From Utricularia gibba (Eukaryota; Plantae; Magnoliophyta), in NCBI GenBank assembly GCA_002189035.1, contig NEEC01000013.1, positions 1,364,001 through 1,428,000 on the forward strand: a DNA stretch of 64,000 nucleotides, read 5' to 3'. The position numbers and the translations under genes were made by a program. The notes under the pieces were generated by a model. The model worked only from the letters and a program-made list of their open reading frames with translations. It had not been told where the DNA came from and ran no database searches. Below are positions 39,943 to 52,356 of the stretch, piece by piece; position 1 is the first letter of the stretch, and each line of letters begins with the position of its first letter.

Positions 39943-41426
39943 TCATGTTCTGGAGCCACATCTAAACCCACCACAGGCTGATAAGATGATGATCAGGATC
40001 AAGGCCACGATGATTGCGAGCACGATCAGCTTTATCTTCATGTTCTGGAGCCACATCTTCCTCCTCATCTGAGTCCCTTGAGTCCTGAAGTCTTGTGCCT
40101 GTTGAAATGCATCAGAACAGACTTACTTGGAAAGAGATAACAGACAACGGAACATGATGGAAAGCCTGCTAAATACAATGGAATCTTTGATAATAACCCT
40201 CTATAAAAGAGGCAAACATTTCCCTAATGTTCAGAGAAGTGGACCACCCAACGGAGATTCGGGTTGTGATAGCAGACCTGAGATCGGAGGTTCTCGGTCC
40301 TGTCCACCAGAATCTCAATTTTCTCTCCACGATCAAGGACCTGTCCCGCAAGTCATCAATTGCAGAAAATGTTAGAAGGCCGTCAAAGCAATGCAAAGGA
40401 ATAGGGTGAAACACTTACCTTTTCGATGTTTTCCATCATCACCCCTTTAACTTCAGACACCTGAGCTTTCACCTTAGCAATCTTACTTATCTCCTCAGGA
40501 TGATCCACACAGTACTGCATGTGCTCCCTCAGCTTGGGCCTATATTGACAATACGTATTACTTCAGTCTTACTCAAAGAAAGAATGAAATGCCAATCGAC
40601 ATACACCATGCACAATAGCATAGACCAGTAAAGACGAGGGCTACCCAAATTCCCCATTCAAACTGTTTGCAGTAGCGGCAGCAGCCTTTCCTCCGGCGAA
40701 CTTTTTAGCAAAGTCCTCCCTTATTCGCTCAAGAAAAGCTATTGGAAGTTGCCTTCCAATCGATTCAACGGCCACGACACAGTATGCTGCCACAGTAAAT
40801 ACACTAAAAGTAAATCAATGGAAGTAAAAGAGTTTTTCGATGTGAACAAGAAATGATCAAATATGCAATGAGCATTCCCAATTACTTCATCCACTTGAAA
40901 AACTAGACCCTACAAAACCATACAGTAAAAAGCCAACGCGGAGGATCAAATCAACAGAAATCAATAATTGATCCAATGGTAAAAAAAATAACTAAAGAAT
41001 AATAAACCGAAACTGGAAATGCTTAATGCATCCGAAACTAAGACCAATCCAATATAAGCAACAGAGTAAATGCAGAAGCCATTAACGCGATAGCCGAACT
41101 AAGAGCCGATCTCAGTGAATTCCAAAACACAAACATAATCTACAACGGCTGAACGACGTAGTCTAAGAAATGAGAAATCAAATCGGAATCTGATCAACTA
41201 CAGTACTAAGCATAAAAAACAGGAAGCAGGCGCTTACTGAATCCATCATCGACGAGGTAGTTGAAGGTGTGGCCATCGCAGTTGTACGTGAACTTGCTGC
41301 TGGTGGCAGGGAGTTTCTGTAGACACTGCGCTGCGATTCCGGTGAAGTTACCGCTGAACTCCGTGTACTCCGCCAGGATCACGGTCCCCGCGCGACAAAG
41401 CTGTAGATCAAGGATTTCTGCACCAT
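39943..41426 (-). CDS. VAMP72: R-SNARE VAMP72 (longin + SNARE + TM), 5 exons; apparent 1-nt frameshift at 41386-41389
   Basis: [100 protein letters not shown] and a TM helix. As written, TGA at 41381-41379 stops it after 15 codons. Confidence 0.88.
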
Positions 41427-41920
41427 TTTTTCACCTACTCCTGCTGAAGATAAACCCTGAGATCGGAAGCAAAAATCCAATTACCGCCGGCGCCAACCGG
41501 GAGAGACGATGAAACGGAATTTGTTGCGCGGAAAAAAGAATCCGGAGGAGAAAAGGGGGGCCGCCGGTTTAAATGAATTTATGGAGAAAATTGTGGCACA
41601 CTTGCTAGTAAAACCCCAAACTGCCCTTCAACCTCTAATTTGGAAGCAGCCAAAGAGCGACCTTGTTTCCCATTGCTACGGAGGTCTTCCAGAAAGGAGA
41701 TAATTATATTATTCTATTTAACAAACAAACCATTTTAGTAATCAGCATGAAAAAATTTTTCTTCAAAAGGAATATAAATTAAAAAAATAATTTATATTAT
41801 ATTAAAAGCATTTTTTTCAATTAATCAATAATTGATATCCAATTACTTTTCAGACAGTGAGTAAAAAAATTGGAAAACAAAAAAACCCAAAAAATTTCTT
41901 GTTGGACAAGAAAAGGGAGA

Positions 41921-42005
41921 TGGGGTGAGAGAGGCTCGAACTCTCGACCTCAGGATAACTCAGAAGCTATGAGACCTACGCGCTAGCCAACTGCGCCACC
42001 ACCCC
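41921..42005 (-). tRNA. trnM-CAT: tRNA-Met(CAT), elongator, with 11-nt intron (41967-41957)
   Basis: GGGGTGGTGGCGCAGTTGGCTAGCGCGTAGGTCTCATA-gcttctgagtt-ATCCTGAGGTCGAGAGTTCGAGCCTCTCTCACCCCA, the canonical plant intron-containing tRNA-Met; T-run downstream. Confidence 0.97.
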
Positions 42006-42275
42006 GAGCTGTGGTATGCATATTATATATTAAAGATAATTCTATTCCTGTATTCTATATCAGACACCTCCTATTGGACGAGTACCATTGTGCCTTCGCT
42101 GTACCCTGTCGACGGAATTTTTGAGTCACAGCCGCCTTCGCCGCCGCCGGTCCTCTCAGCGCATCGGTGAAACTGGAGGATAGGAATTTCTTCACGAAGG
42201 GCAATTTGATGTATGTGTCGGATCTGACCTGATTTCGAGTTTTTGGGAGCTTCGTCAGGGCGAATTGAAGGCAAA

Positions 42276-43628
42276 ATGGTTCTTCCTTTGCTGAAACTCG
42301 GAACTTTGGCGTTGAAAACTATGAGTAAACCCATTGCAGCCAGGCTCAAGAAGGAGGCTGGACGGCACCCTAGGTTCAGAAGCTTAATCATCAGCATTGC
42401 GCAGGTACCGTCATAAGCGATGAACGTTGCCAGATTAGGCGTTTTCAATTAGGAGATTACGATTAATTAGCGTGATAAGATGCTAATACAATGAGCTGAT
42501 GAATTGGGTATCTGAAAGTTCGTTAATTTTTGCTGGTTCTTTCATGCGGGTTCTCTCTGGTTACATGTTTTTCTGTACCATACCAAATGAATTGCCTATC
42601 TATCTAAAACATCACCATGCCAATAATTTAGATTGCACTTTGTCCTCATGGATTCCAATGATGAATCGTGCCACGACTTGGTTTCTTTGAACATTCTTCA
42701 TTTTCAAATGATGCAGTTTACGTTAGTTCTAGTATGTAGTTTACCTGGATATTGTCTCATTTATGCAATCATGAATGTATCCTGCTGCAGGAGTATAATG
42801 ATGCTTGGTAATTCTATTTTTTCATGATCTGAAACAGGGGAATCATCGGATTACAACCACAATGCAGAGACGTATATATGGTCATGCAACCGATGTTGAA
42901 ATTCGGCCTTTGAATGAAGAGAAAGCTGTTCAGGCCGCTGTGGATCTTCTTGGAGAAGTTTTTGTCTTTTCTGTATATCTCATTTCCTACTTCATTCTTT
43001 ACCTTACGTTTCACACAAAAAAACTTCCTTTACCTCCTATTTTGATTTTCTTAGGAACATCTATGCACATGCGATAGCTGTGGTCTTTAGCTGGAAGAGA
43101 TATTCGCTTCACATGATGCCTTAGTCATTCTTGTGCTTTGCTTCTGTTGTCTGGCTAGGTGGCTGTAGCTGCTGTGATCTTTGAGTGGCAAAGAAGCTCT
43201 CGATCAGAAGCAAGAAAGGAAGAGGTCCGCAGGAAAGAGGTGGAGGTATGTTATTTTATACCCGACCTCAAGTTTTTATCCTTTACCTGCAAGATTCACA
43301 GTTTCTACCTGGACAAGTTTCAAATCCTTAAGCCTTCTTATATACCCCTTTTGTCACTTCTGCTTAAACGAGTTCCATATGCAAGAGGAGATATAAGACA
43401 CACACACACACACACACCAGCCCCATATTATTTGAACGTTTCTTGCAAAGAGCATACACAGTTGAATCTGGTTTCCAGGAGATGAGACAAAGAGATGAAG
43501 AGTTAGCCAAAGAGGTTGAACTTCTGAAGCAAAAGCTTGCCGAAATTGAACAAATGGCTCGAGGGCGTGGGCTCGCTGGTGTTTTCAAATTCAGAACTGA
43601 AGAACCCAAACCAACACCGGTTGCTTAA
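42276..43628 (+). CDS. OPA3: OPA3-like protein, 4 exons
   Basis: MVLPLLKLGTLALKTMSKPIAARLK.EA..HPRFR, IRPLNEEKAVQAAVDLLGE.FVFSVA, RSSRSEARKEE and a coiled-coil tail. Frames intact. Confidence 0.9.
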
Positions 43629-43798
43629 CCTCTTTCATTTTTTTGGGGTAACAATTCACATATTATTTCCCAGTAAATAAGAACCTCACATCTTGGAAAG
43701 ATACACTGTAATTGTTCATCATGCAATGCTTGACCCTCATCTTCTACTTCTGGTGTCGTTCCAAAAATGTGATACTTCCATGCAATGTTTAGTTAAGT

Positions 43799-44004
43799 TT
43801 TCTGCTGGGAATATCTTACAATATCCTTTCAAATGAATTCTTGTAATATTGATGAATCCATGCACTTCCCAATCCCTATCCCAAGCAACAGAAAGCATAT
43901 TTTTCTGCTGGGAATATCTTACAATATACTTTCAAATGAATGCTTGTAATATTGATGAATCCATGCACTTCCCAATCCCTATCCCAAGCAACAGAAGGCA
44001 TATT
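43799..44004. repeat. 103-bp tandem duplication downstream of OPA3-like
   Basis: Two copies starting at about 43799 and 43902 (tctgctgggaatatcttacaatat...) with 3 substitutions. Confidence 0.95.
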
Positions 44005-44892
44005 TTACTGCACGGATGCAGTTTCAGAGTAGAAATGGAGTCAAAACACACAAGACAAAGACCATTGACATCTCAGTCTCAATCTCATCACATCAGACTC
44101 CTGGTAGCAGCAGCAGCAGCAGCTAGCTGTGCGCGTGTAATGTAATGTCACTTGACAATTCTGTACGTGTAATCTTTCATCACCCACTCCTCATCCATCA
44201 AAAACATCACATTACACCTGACAAGACATAACATCTACTACTCCTTTTCTTATTTTACACTTTCAAAAAGCGAATTCCTTCACAAAAATCCACCCGACCG
44301 GCCTCGGGTTATGTGCTTTGAGTCAATAACAATGAACTACTGGAAAAAAAGAGAGAGAGGGAGGGCAATAGAGAGGAAAATGATGAGCAATGCAGAAGCG
44401 AATGACAAGTCACTGCAACTTTCTAACAATGGCTTTTTATGAGTAGCCCCTTTGAGTGATCATCATTATCACTACCTCATTCAGGGGTTTGCTTGTTTAG
44501 GTGAAATGCCTACAAAATCCATAAAGAAATCTCTTCCCTAAAACCAGACATAGCTGCCAAAGAAAATAAGAAGAGTGTACTAACATAAGTCAGCAGTAAC
44601 ACTGTTGCTTGAGACATTTTAAGACAAGACGCTGTCTTCTCAGGGTTTGAAAACTTGTAATGAAGACGAAGGAAATGGCACATAAGCTAATTAACTTATA
44701 TGCTTGTAGTAGAGCAGCTATAGATATATAAAAATAAAGCCAGAAGACATTCTGAGCTGAGCCTTCTAACCATCGCCTCTTCCCCTTCAATCTACACATC
44801 TGTTTCAGATGGGATACTCCACATTAGATTAGAAATAACAGACGCTTAAACCTCGTCGTTTTTACTACACATGCATTGGTTTTACGCACCAC

Positions 44893-46478
44893 TTAGAGGA
44901 GATCGGGGGTGGCGAGCGGCGGCTGAGGGAAATGGCGGAGGAGATAGTAGAAGCCGCCGTGCTGGAGAGGCTGAAGAGTGACTCCCCATTCATTGGTCAG
45001 CACAGGTTGCCCTGTGGAGTGAATCAATACGGCGTCGTCTCCGAAGGCTTCACGGACGTTGAACGGCCCCGATCCAACCTCGAACCACACCTCGTTGATG
45101 AACACCGTCGATTTGGGAAGAGGGGGACCCACCACCTCCTCGGCTACTGTTGTTGCTGCACCTGCAGATGCACTTGATACCATCATAAGTTTTGTTGTTC
45201 ATAAAAGTGAGCAGGGAGCCATTTGGACAAGTCGATCCAACAGGCAAAGAACACTGTTTTCTGGGTGTTGAAGTTGTCTTTTTTACCCAATATCTGAAAA
45301 TTATTCATACAGACACGCAACAAAAAAGGGTGCAAATCTGCTCATCCTTGCGTTAGATTCAGTTTCATTGTTCAGTGAAAGGTGTCAAATCTATTTCCAG
45401 AGATACCCAGTTAAAAAAACTGGATTTTGTGAATAGCCACAGTAAAAGAATCGGATTTTGTAAACCCTAGTCATGAATTCATGGAAACCCACTAAAAGTA
45501 AACATGTGATTGAATGAAGTTTGCAGTCACAATCATTGCATATTAAAAAATTGAATTTTGGAAGCCCTAGTGAGGAATTCATGGAAGAAATAGAAAAGAA
45601 GTGACTGAAATGCTGCAGTGTACCTGGAAAGCAAATTTGATTTTGAGGAGAAGAAATTTGGAACTGCAAGTTGTTGAGATTCTGCTGCATCCTTTCTTCA
45701 CCTTCTTCTCCTCCAATACCTTTTTTATGACTCATGGCCATCATTTCAGTTAGCAGATCAGGCACATTCCTAATGTTCTGCTCCGCCGCCGCGTCGGAGA
45801 AACAAAACCCTTGTTGCATGTTAGCAAACAAGGGTTCCGCAAAGAACTCCGGAAAAAACGCCTGGTTCACGGAGGCCGTCGAAGAATTCCTCGCCGCCGC
45901 TGGTGCGACGGGAACAGGCTTATCCTTAGACTTATCAGACGATGAAGATGATGAAGATTGCACAGCAGCAAACGTCCCCGCTTTAGATTTCCCATCAGAC
46001 ACAGTCTCCGCCGCCGTACGCTTAGCGGCGGCAATCTGAAGGTGGCGGTGCTTGTGTTTGCTTCTAGATTTACGATTCTGAAACCAGTAAAAAACATTAG
46101 CATCCCCAACTTGTCCATACTCTTGCAATTTAGCCCTAATTTTCCTAATCTCATCCCTCGGAGGATTCACCATCCCCGAGTTGAAAATAGTTTCCAGGAT
46201 CCGAACTTGCTCCGGCCTCGGGTTCCATCTGGGCTTCGGCTCCGGAGTCCTCTCATCTGAAAACGAAAAAAAGAAAACCCCACAAAACCAAAATCATCAA
46301 CAACAAGATCAACGACCACAATCCAAATTTCTCAAAATCATGATCACCAACCTGGTAACAGACACGGGGAGGTTACTGTTCTGTAAGAATTGATGTCATG
46401 GTTCCATTGTTGATGATGGGGTTTCGATTTGAACATGCTGGGCCAGTGCTTATCTCTCTCTCTGTTCGAATTCGCCAT
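44893..46478 (-). CDS. WOX9: WUSCHEL-related homeobox WOX9/WOX8 (STIMPY-like), 3 exons
   Basis: [16 protein letters not shown], homeodomain [60 protein letters not shown]-terminal [46 protein letters not shown]. Confidence 0.95.
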
Positions 46479-48722
46479 GAAAGTTGGCTTGAAAGCTTTG
46501 GATGAAGAACAACAACCAGCGTTGTGTTTCACTGAGTTGAAGGTGGAGTAGCCAGCAATGGAGAGGAGAGAGGAAGATCAATCACTCAGACTCAGACTCA
46601 GACTCGGACTCAGCTGCCTGCGCCCAAGACTCCATGCGCAGCAATAAATGAAGGATCAGTCCATGTTCTCTCACCACATGGACATATTTTAATCACACAA
46701 ATCTTGAATAAAGCAATTCAAGTACCACTACTTGCTAAAACCATGTAACATTTGTTGTAGTGAAAGATCTAGAAACATGCACATCATCGTCTCCTCCTGA
46801 AAAAAAATCTCAAACACAACTCGATTCATTCACAAGTTCAAGCTCGAGGAAAAATGTTCTCAGACTACGCAAGTGCAGAATGGAGGGGAGGAGCTGAACA
46901 TTGAAAATAACAAGGTATGGTGTGGACAGCCCAGGAACAAAAAGGATAGAATGCAAAACAAGAATCGCCTGCAATGCTATACACCAGAAAGGAAAGACAA
47001 TTCAATGCGGAGTAAAGTAAAGAGAATGGAAGCAAATATGCGCCCATAACTTTCTATCATTTCACCAACACGTCACTTGCCCACAAACACACAAAAAAGA
47101 AAAAAAAACCTTTTCTTTGATTGAAGGTCAAGGGTTTCACTTTGGACATCTGAATGGTCTCTATGTCGTCATATCAGCTACTCGCTGTGTCCTCTTTGAT
47201 CATGGGGCATCAAAATCTTAGAATTCAAAGACCCTGAGGCCTCACCAGCTCCAAATCGCAATGCTAATCCCAAAGTTCAGAGTTGGTAAAACCAAGGAAG
47301 AGGTGGATTAAAGGGGAGTTTTGGAAAAAGTGCCGGGAACGCGGGGGAGCTTTGACTAATGGATTCATTAATAAACAAAGTAAGTGATTTACAGTTGGCA
47401 ATCAGCAGTAATTCGCCATTAACTGCGTGGTCTACGGTAATTCCGACAACCAGATAAATTGTCCCCCTCCACCCCGTGCGTCTGTTCCCTCAAACCTTTG
47501 ACTTTTTCCATTGTAAACGTAACCTCCTGCCTGATTCCTCTATTGAAAATAAACATTTTAATAAAAATATTATGTGGGTTAACCAACTCGCTTTGTTTTT
47601 TAACTACGGTCACCGTAAAAATAGAGGGCTCATTTGCAAAAGCGGTTATTGTCACATTCTCTTTTACCAACTTAGGTAAAAAAAACATATAAGATGGTTA
47701 TTTTTTCATACTATTACACATGATCAAATTTCTAATTTATCCAAAATACGCTTGTAAATTACCATCTAAATAAGTAAAAGTAAATAATGGATACTCCACA
47801 AAAAACAAATGAGATAAAGGAGAGATATATCATGTGCTTTGGATTTTTTTTACTTTTTTAAAAATTAAATATTTTATGTATAAAAAATAGGTTATTATTA
47901 CTTTTAATTGTATTAAAAATATTTTTGAAACTATATTGAATGTTAATATCAAAATTATTTTTATTTTTCATTTCTATTTTTGAATAATTTTCCAAAACAC
48001 TTTCAATTTTAATTCTACTTATATCAATCATTTCCACCTCTATTTCTTTCTACTTTTTTGAGAGTAAAAATAGGTTTAAAATTTTTTTCCACAGCTATAA
48101 TTTAATTTTTGGGGGATGAAGTCTCCAGATGGAAAAATATTTTTATTTCTACTCATATTTAATATAAATTTAAAAATATTTTTTCGATTTTTTTTTGAAA
48201 TCTAGAAATATTAAATTTACGTAATTATTTTTATTTTCCGTAATAAAATAATCAGGGGTGTAAAATTTTAGGTCGATTGGGGGGAGGGAGGTTGGGCTGG
48301 TTAACGTGAGGTGTTCGAGAAGGGAAGGACAGGCGGGGCGCCGGAGTTGGGAGGGAGGCAGTGAAAAGTGAAACACACCCTCACAGACATCACCACCCAA
48401 CAGATCGACAAGCCCTACCACCCTGTGGCGTCTGACGGCGGGAACCCTTTGCAGTAATCATGATGAGGACCCCCGACAACGAGACCCTGGTATGCGAACC
48501 CCCCCTCCGGTGTCCCACTGGAACAGGGTTCGACATCCGACGGACCGGGTCCACGCCGGGGAACTCCATGGAATTGGCATCCTGGTTGTGGGTTGTGCGT
48601 AAAGTGTACGAATACTTGAGAGGGATGTCCGAATTATGTTGACAGCAATGGATATCGCTCATGGCTGACATAAGTACTGGTCTAGGGGAGCACTTGCTGA
48701 GGCGCCTCCTTTTTGCTTCATC

Positions 48723-50652
48723 ATGCAATTACTCCTTCTTCTGCATGTGGGTTTGCTGCTGCTTTTCTGTACCGCCGCGGCCGGAGCTTGGCGGCGGCTT
48801 CATACCAACACGTCGGCCGTTTTCGTGTTCGGAGATGCGACCGTGGATTCTGGGAACAATGACTTTCTTCCCACTGTGGGAAGGAGCAACTTCCCACCCT
48901 ACGGGCAGGACTTCCCCGGCCAAATCCCCACCGGACGGTTCACCAACGGCAGGCTTGTCACCGATTACGTTGGTTAGTAGTAATAATAAGTTGCCATTAA
49001 TCATCAATACGATAATATTGAATCATCATTTCCATCCGATAGTGTCTTATTTGGGGATCAAGGAGTTTGTACCGCCGTATTTAGACCCAACCTTGACAGT
49101 AGACGATCTCAAGACCGGGGTTTGCTTCGCCTCCGCCGGGACCGGCTTCGACCCCCTAACCGCGAAGATTATCGTAAGCATTTCCGGTTCCGATCACGAC
49201 GCCGGATTCAAATTCCGTTATCATAATTCTTTTCAGTTTTAACACAAGCATGAGTAATGTGACAGGGCGTGATTCCGATGGAGAAGCAGCTGGATAATTT
49301 CAGGGAATATAAAGGTAGAATGGAAGGCTTCATCGGGAAGGCCAGAACACGAGAGCTGCTGAGAAAATCAACGGTTTTGATCAGCGCCGGAACCAACGAC
49401 TTCATAGAGAACTTCTTCCTCATACCGAATCAAAACAGAAGCTTCACGATCTCAGCCTACGAGAGCTTAATTCTCCAGCTCCAGATGCAGTTCATCCAGG
49501 TACGGTTCCATCTCAGGTAAAATAAATAAACAAAATAATAAATAATAAATATGATCTCCATCGTGATTCAAGAGATCGTAATTCATCTCCAGGCTGGCCG
49601 GACTTCTACACTTTTACGTATACTGTTCACATCGTCATCGCCAAGATGGTGATACCCTTTTCATTAAAAAAAAAAATTCGATTAGGGCAATTTTTTTTCA
49701 TGGTTGGTAGTTAGTATAAATTTGAAAATTAACTATCATACTGTTAACGTGTAAGAAAAATAACTATCCTATGTGTAAAATTTTAGTTTTAATGTGAGAT
49801 ATAATGTTAGAATGATTAGTTTTCAAAAAGATTCGTTATCGAACACACCTTTTGTCCTAAGGAGGCGTTTTAGGAGGTTGAGAAACAGGCCATGTGGGAA
49901 AATTGTTTGGTTTTTTAGAAAGAAAGCTCATTTAAAATGGTTAATAATTGTGTATCAAGTGACATAGCGATGTTTGGACCGCGCTGTCCTTTATTGATCA
50001 AGATTCTGGGTGTCTTTGTCTGCACAACTCAGGATGATTGATGCATGCATATTGACGATCAACAAAATTCAGCACTGGGGAGCAAGATCTATTCATTTCA
50101 CCTCATGTCTGTTCGTGCAGGAGGTTTTGGATATGGGGATAAGGAACATCGTCGTGGTCGGGCTTCCTCCGATGGGGTGTGTCCCGGCGGTCATCGCTGT
50201 CGGCTCCGGCGATGGTTCAGCCAACTGCAGTTGTCTGGAACAGTTATCAGAGGTAGCCCAGGACTACAATCGCCAGCTCCAGGACGAAATCGTGGCGCTG
50301 CAAAGCGGCAACCGCCGGAGCAATGTTGCTTACCTTGATATTTACACGCCCGTGGAGGATTTCATCAAAAGGCCTCAATATTATGGTATGATCGATCGTA
50401 TACAGCTTTCCCATGAGCGCGATTTTCAGTTCTTATGAATTCTGTACAGGTTTCGAGGTGGTGGATCGGGGCTGCTGCGGCACCGGAGTTGTCGAAATTT
50501 CGATACTGTGCAATATGGAAACTCCGGTGTGCGACGATGCGTCCAAGTACGTCTTCTGGGACTCGGTGCATCCGACGCAGGCTGCTTATTACAAGCTTTT
50601 TCTTGAGCTCGTCCCGGCGCTTCATCGGTTTTTCTCAGATTTCGTGGTATAG
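48723..50652 (+). CDS. GDSL esterase/lipase-like protein 1, secreted, 5 exons; block I reads GDAT instead of GDS
   Basis: [71 protein letters not shown]. Reading frame intact. Confidence 0.92.
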
Positions 50653-50877
50653 AATCGTTGGAATTGGTTACAGAAAGCAACCATTGATTCTGTGCTGTCA
50701 CAGAAAATGCAACAACATTTCATTTGAATTTAGAGTAAATTTCATCTGTTGGTTCGTTTTTTTTTTTATTTTTAAAAATGTATTTGTAAATTTTTACGCA
50801 CTTTTTTAAAATTTCTGAAATACGCAATAAAAAATGATTAAAAATAAGAAAAATAAAGAGAAAATCGATCCAAAAAA

Positions 50878-52356
50878 ATGGGGTGTAAAATGTATTGTTT
50901 ACTTCCCTGCAACAGCATCTTGCGCTTCCATCGGAATTTTCATTTGGAAGCAAAGCGGCGTCGCTTTGAGAATACGCACGGCGGAGGAAAGCAGGAGAAA
51001 CAGCCGCTCAGATCAATGAAAGCCGTCGTCCAGAGAGTGGCATCTGCCAGTGTTGAGGTAAAAGAGATAGCGACTGTGTCGTTTCTGCAAAATGGGGGGC
51101 GATTGAAAAGACGTGGCGTAATTGGATCGCGCAGGTGGAAGGCCGCACAGTTTCCGCCATTGGTCCTGGCTTGTTGGTGCTAGTTGGTCTTCATGATACG
51201 GATGCCGAGTCCGACGCAGAGTTTATGTATGCGTAATTGCCAAAGTTCAATTTTGTTTTGTTCTCATTTTCTTCATGTTAAAATTCAGCGGGTGAAGTTC
51301 AATATCGGTTTTTTTTTTCTGTTTGTGAATGCATTCCTATTTCTCTAAAAACTCAGATTTTTGTGAATTGCAATTTTTCTCTCAGTGATATATGGCCAAG
51401 TTGCGTTATGAAAGTTGAAATTGTGCCATTGTTTTGTCCAGATGTCGCAAAGTGTTGAATATGCGATTGTTTCCCAATGAGAAAAGTGGGAAGAATTGGG
51501 ATCAGAATGTAATATCACATTTTCATCCTTTCTTTACTTCACCTTTTAAAGGTTTTTTGCGAGTAAAAGAAGCACCAATATTTTTTTTCCTAGGTTTTGA
51601 ATTGAATATGATAATGCTGTAAGAAGCACACGCCTTTCTGGATGCGTAAAGGTAACTAACTGGTGTTATTCGCAGGTTATGCAAAGGAATTATGAAGTTC
51701 TGTTAGGTAAACGTCATCCCTTTTCACCCTTTGCTTCAATCCATTAAGCACATTCAGCTGTGCGATGCAGATGAGGTTATCATTGTATTGGCCATCTCTA
51801 TCGCATAAAATCTGCAGAGGTAGTAATGTTATAATGAATGCTGTTTGGTGTTGTTTTGTACAGTTAGCCAGTTCACATTATATGGGATACTGAAAGGAAA
51901 TAAGCCCGATTTTCATGTTGCAATGCCGCCGGAGATGGCAAAACCGTGCTACTCCTCACTGGTAGAAAGATTTCAGAGAGCTTATCGTGTTGATGCTGTT
52001 AAAGGCACTCATCATTTTTATCTTCTCATCTTTTGACCTAATGTTGGTATTGTAACTTCTAATAGGATCCTAATCTCCTACTATCTTTGAATTGCAGATG
52101 GCATATTTGGAGCCATGATGAAAGTATGTTTTAACTGTATTTGTTTCCTGTGCAAACACTTTTGTGTGTTTCTTATTCCCCTCGTGTGTTTGAAGGTGAA
52201 CTTGGTTAATGATGGCCCCGTCACAATGTTGCTAGACTCCAGACAATCATCGAAGTGAGTACAGCAGTGTTTTTGTATGCATCGAAGTGACCACATACAT
52301 TGCATATCCATGGCTACTTTCACCACAGGAATGTGGATGATGCAGCCGAAGGATGA
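50878..52356 (+). CDS. DTD1: D-aminoacyl-tRNA deacylase 1 (DTD1), 8 exons; core starts at ATG 51016, in-frame upstream ATGs at 50878 and 50890
   Basis: MKAVVQRVASASVEV, GLLVLVG, LNMRLF, LLVSQFTLYG, GNKPDFH.AM, DG.FGAMM.VNLVNDGPVT (SQFTL and Gly-cisPro motifs). Confidence 0.95.

Noticed and set aside
44380-44460. C/D-box snoRNA candidate (ATGATGA)
   Set aside because: No CTGA D box at a suitable distance and no terminal stem.
35707-46612. Microsatellites: (GGTTT)n at about 35707, (CA)n at about 43400, (CAG)n at about 44106, (CTCAGA)n at about 46585
   Set aside because: Short ordinary simple repeats in introns or flanks with no sign of function.
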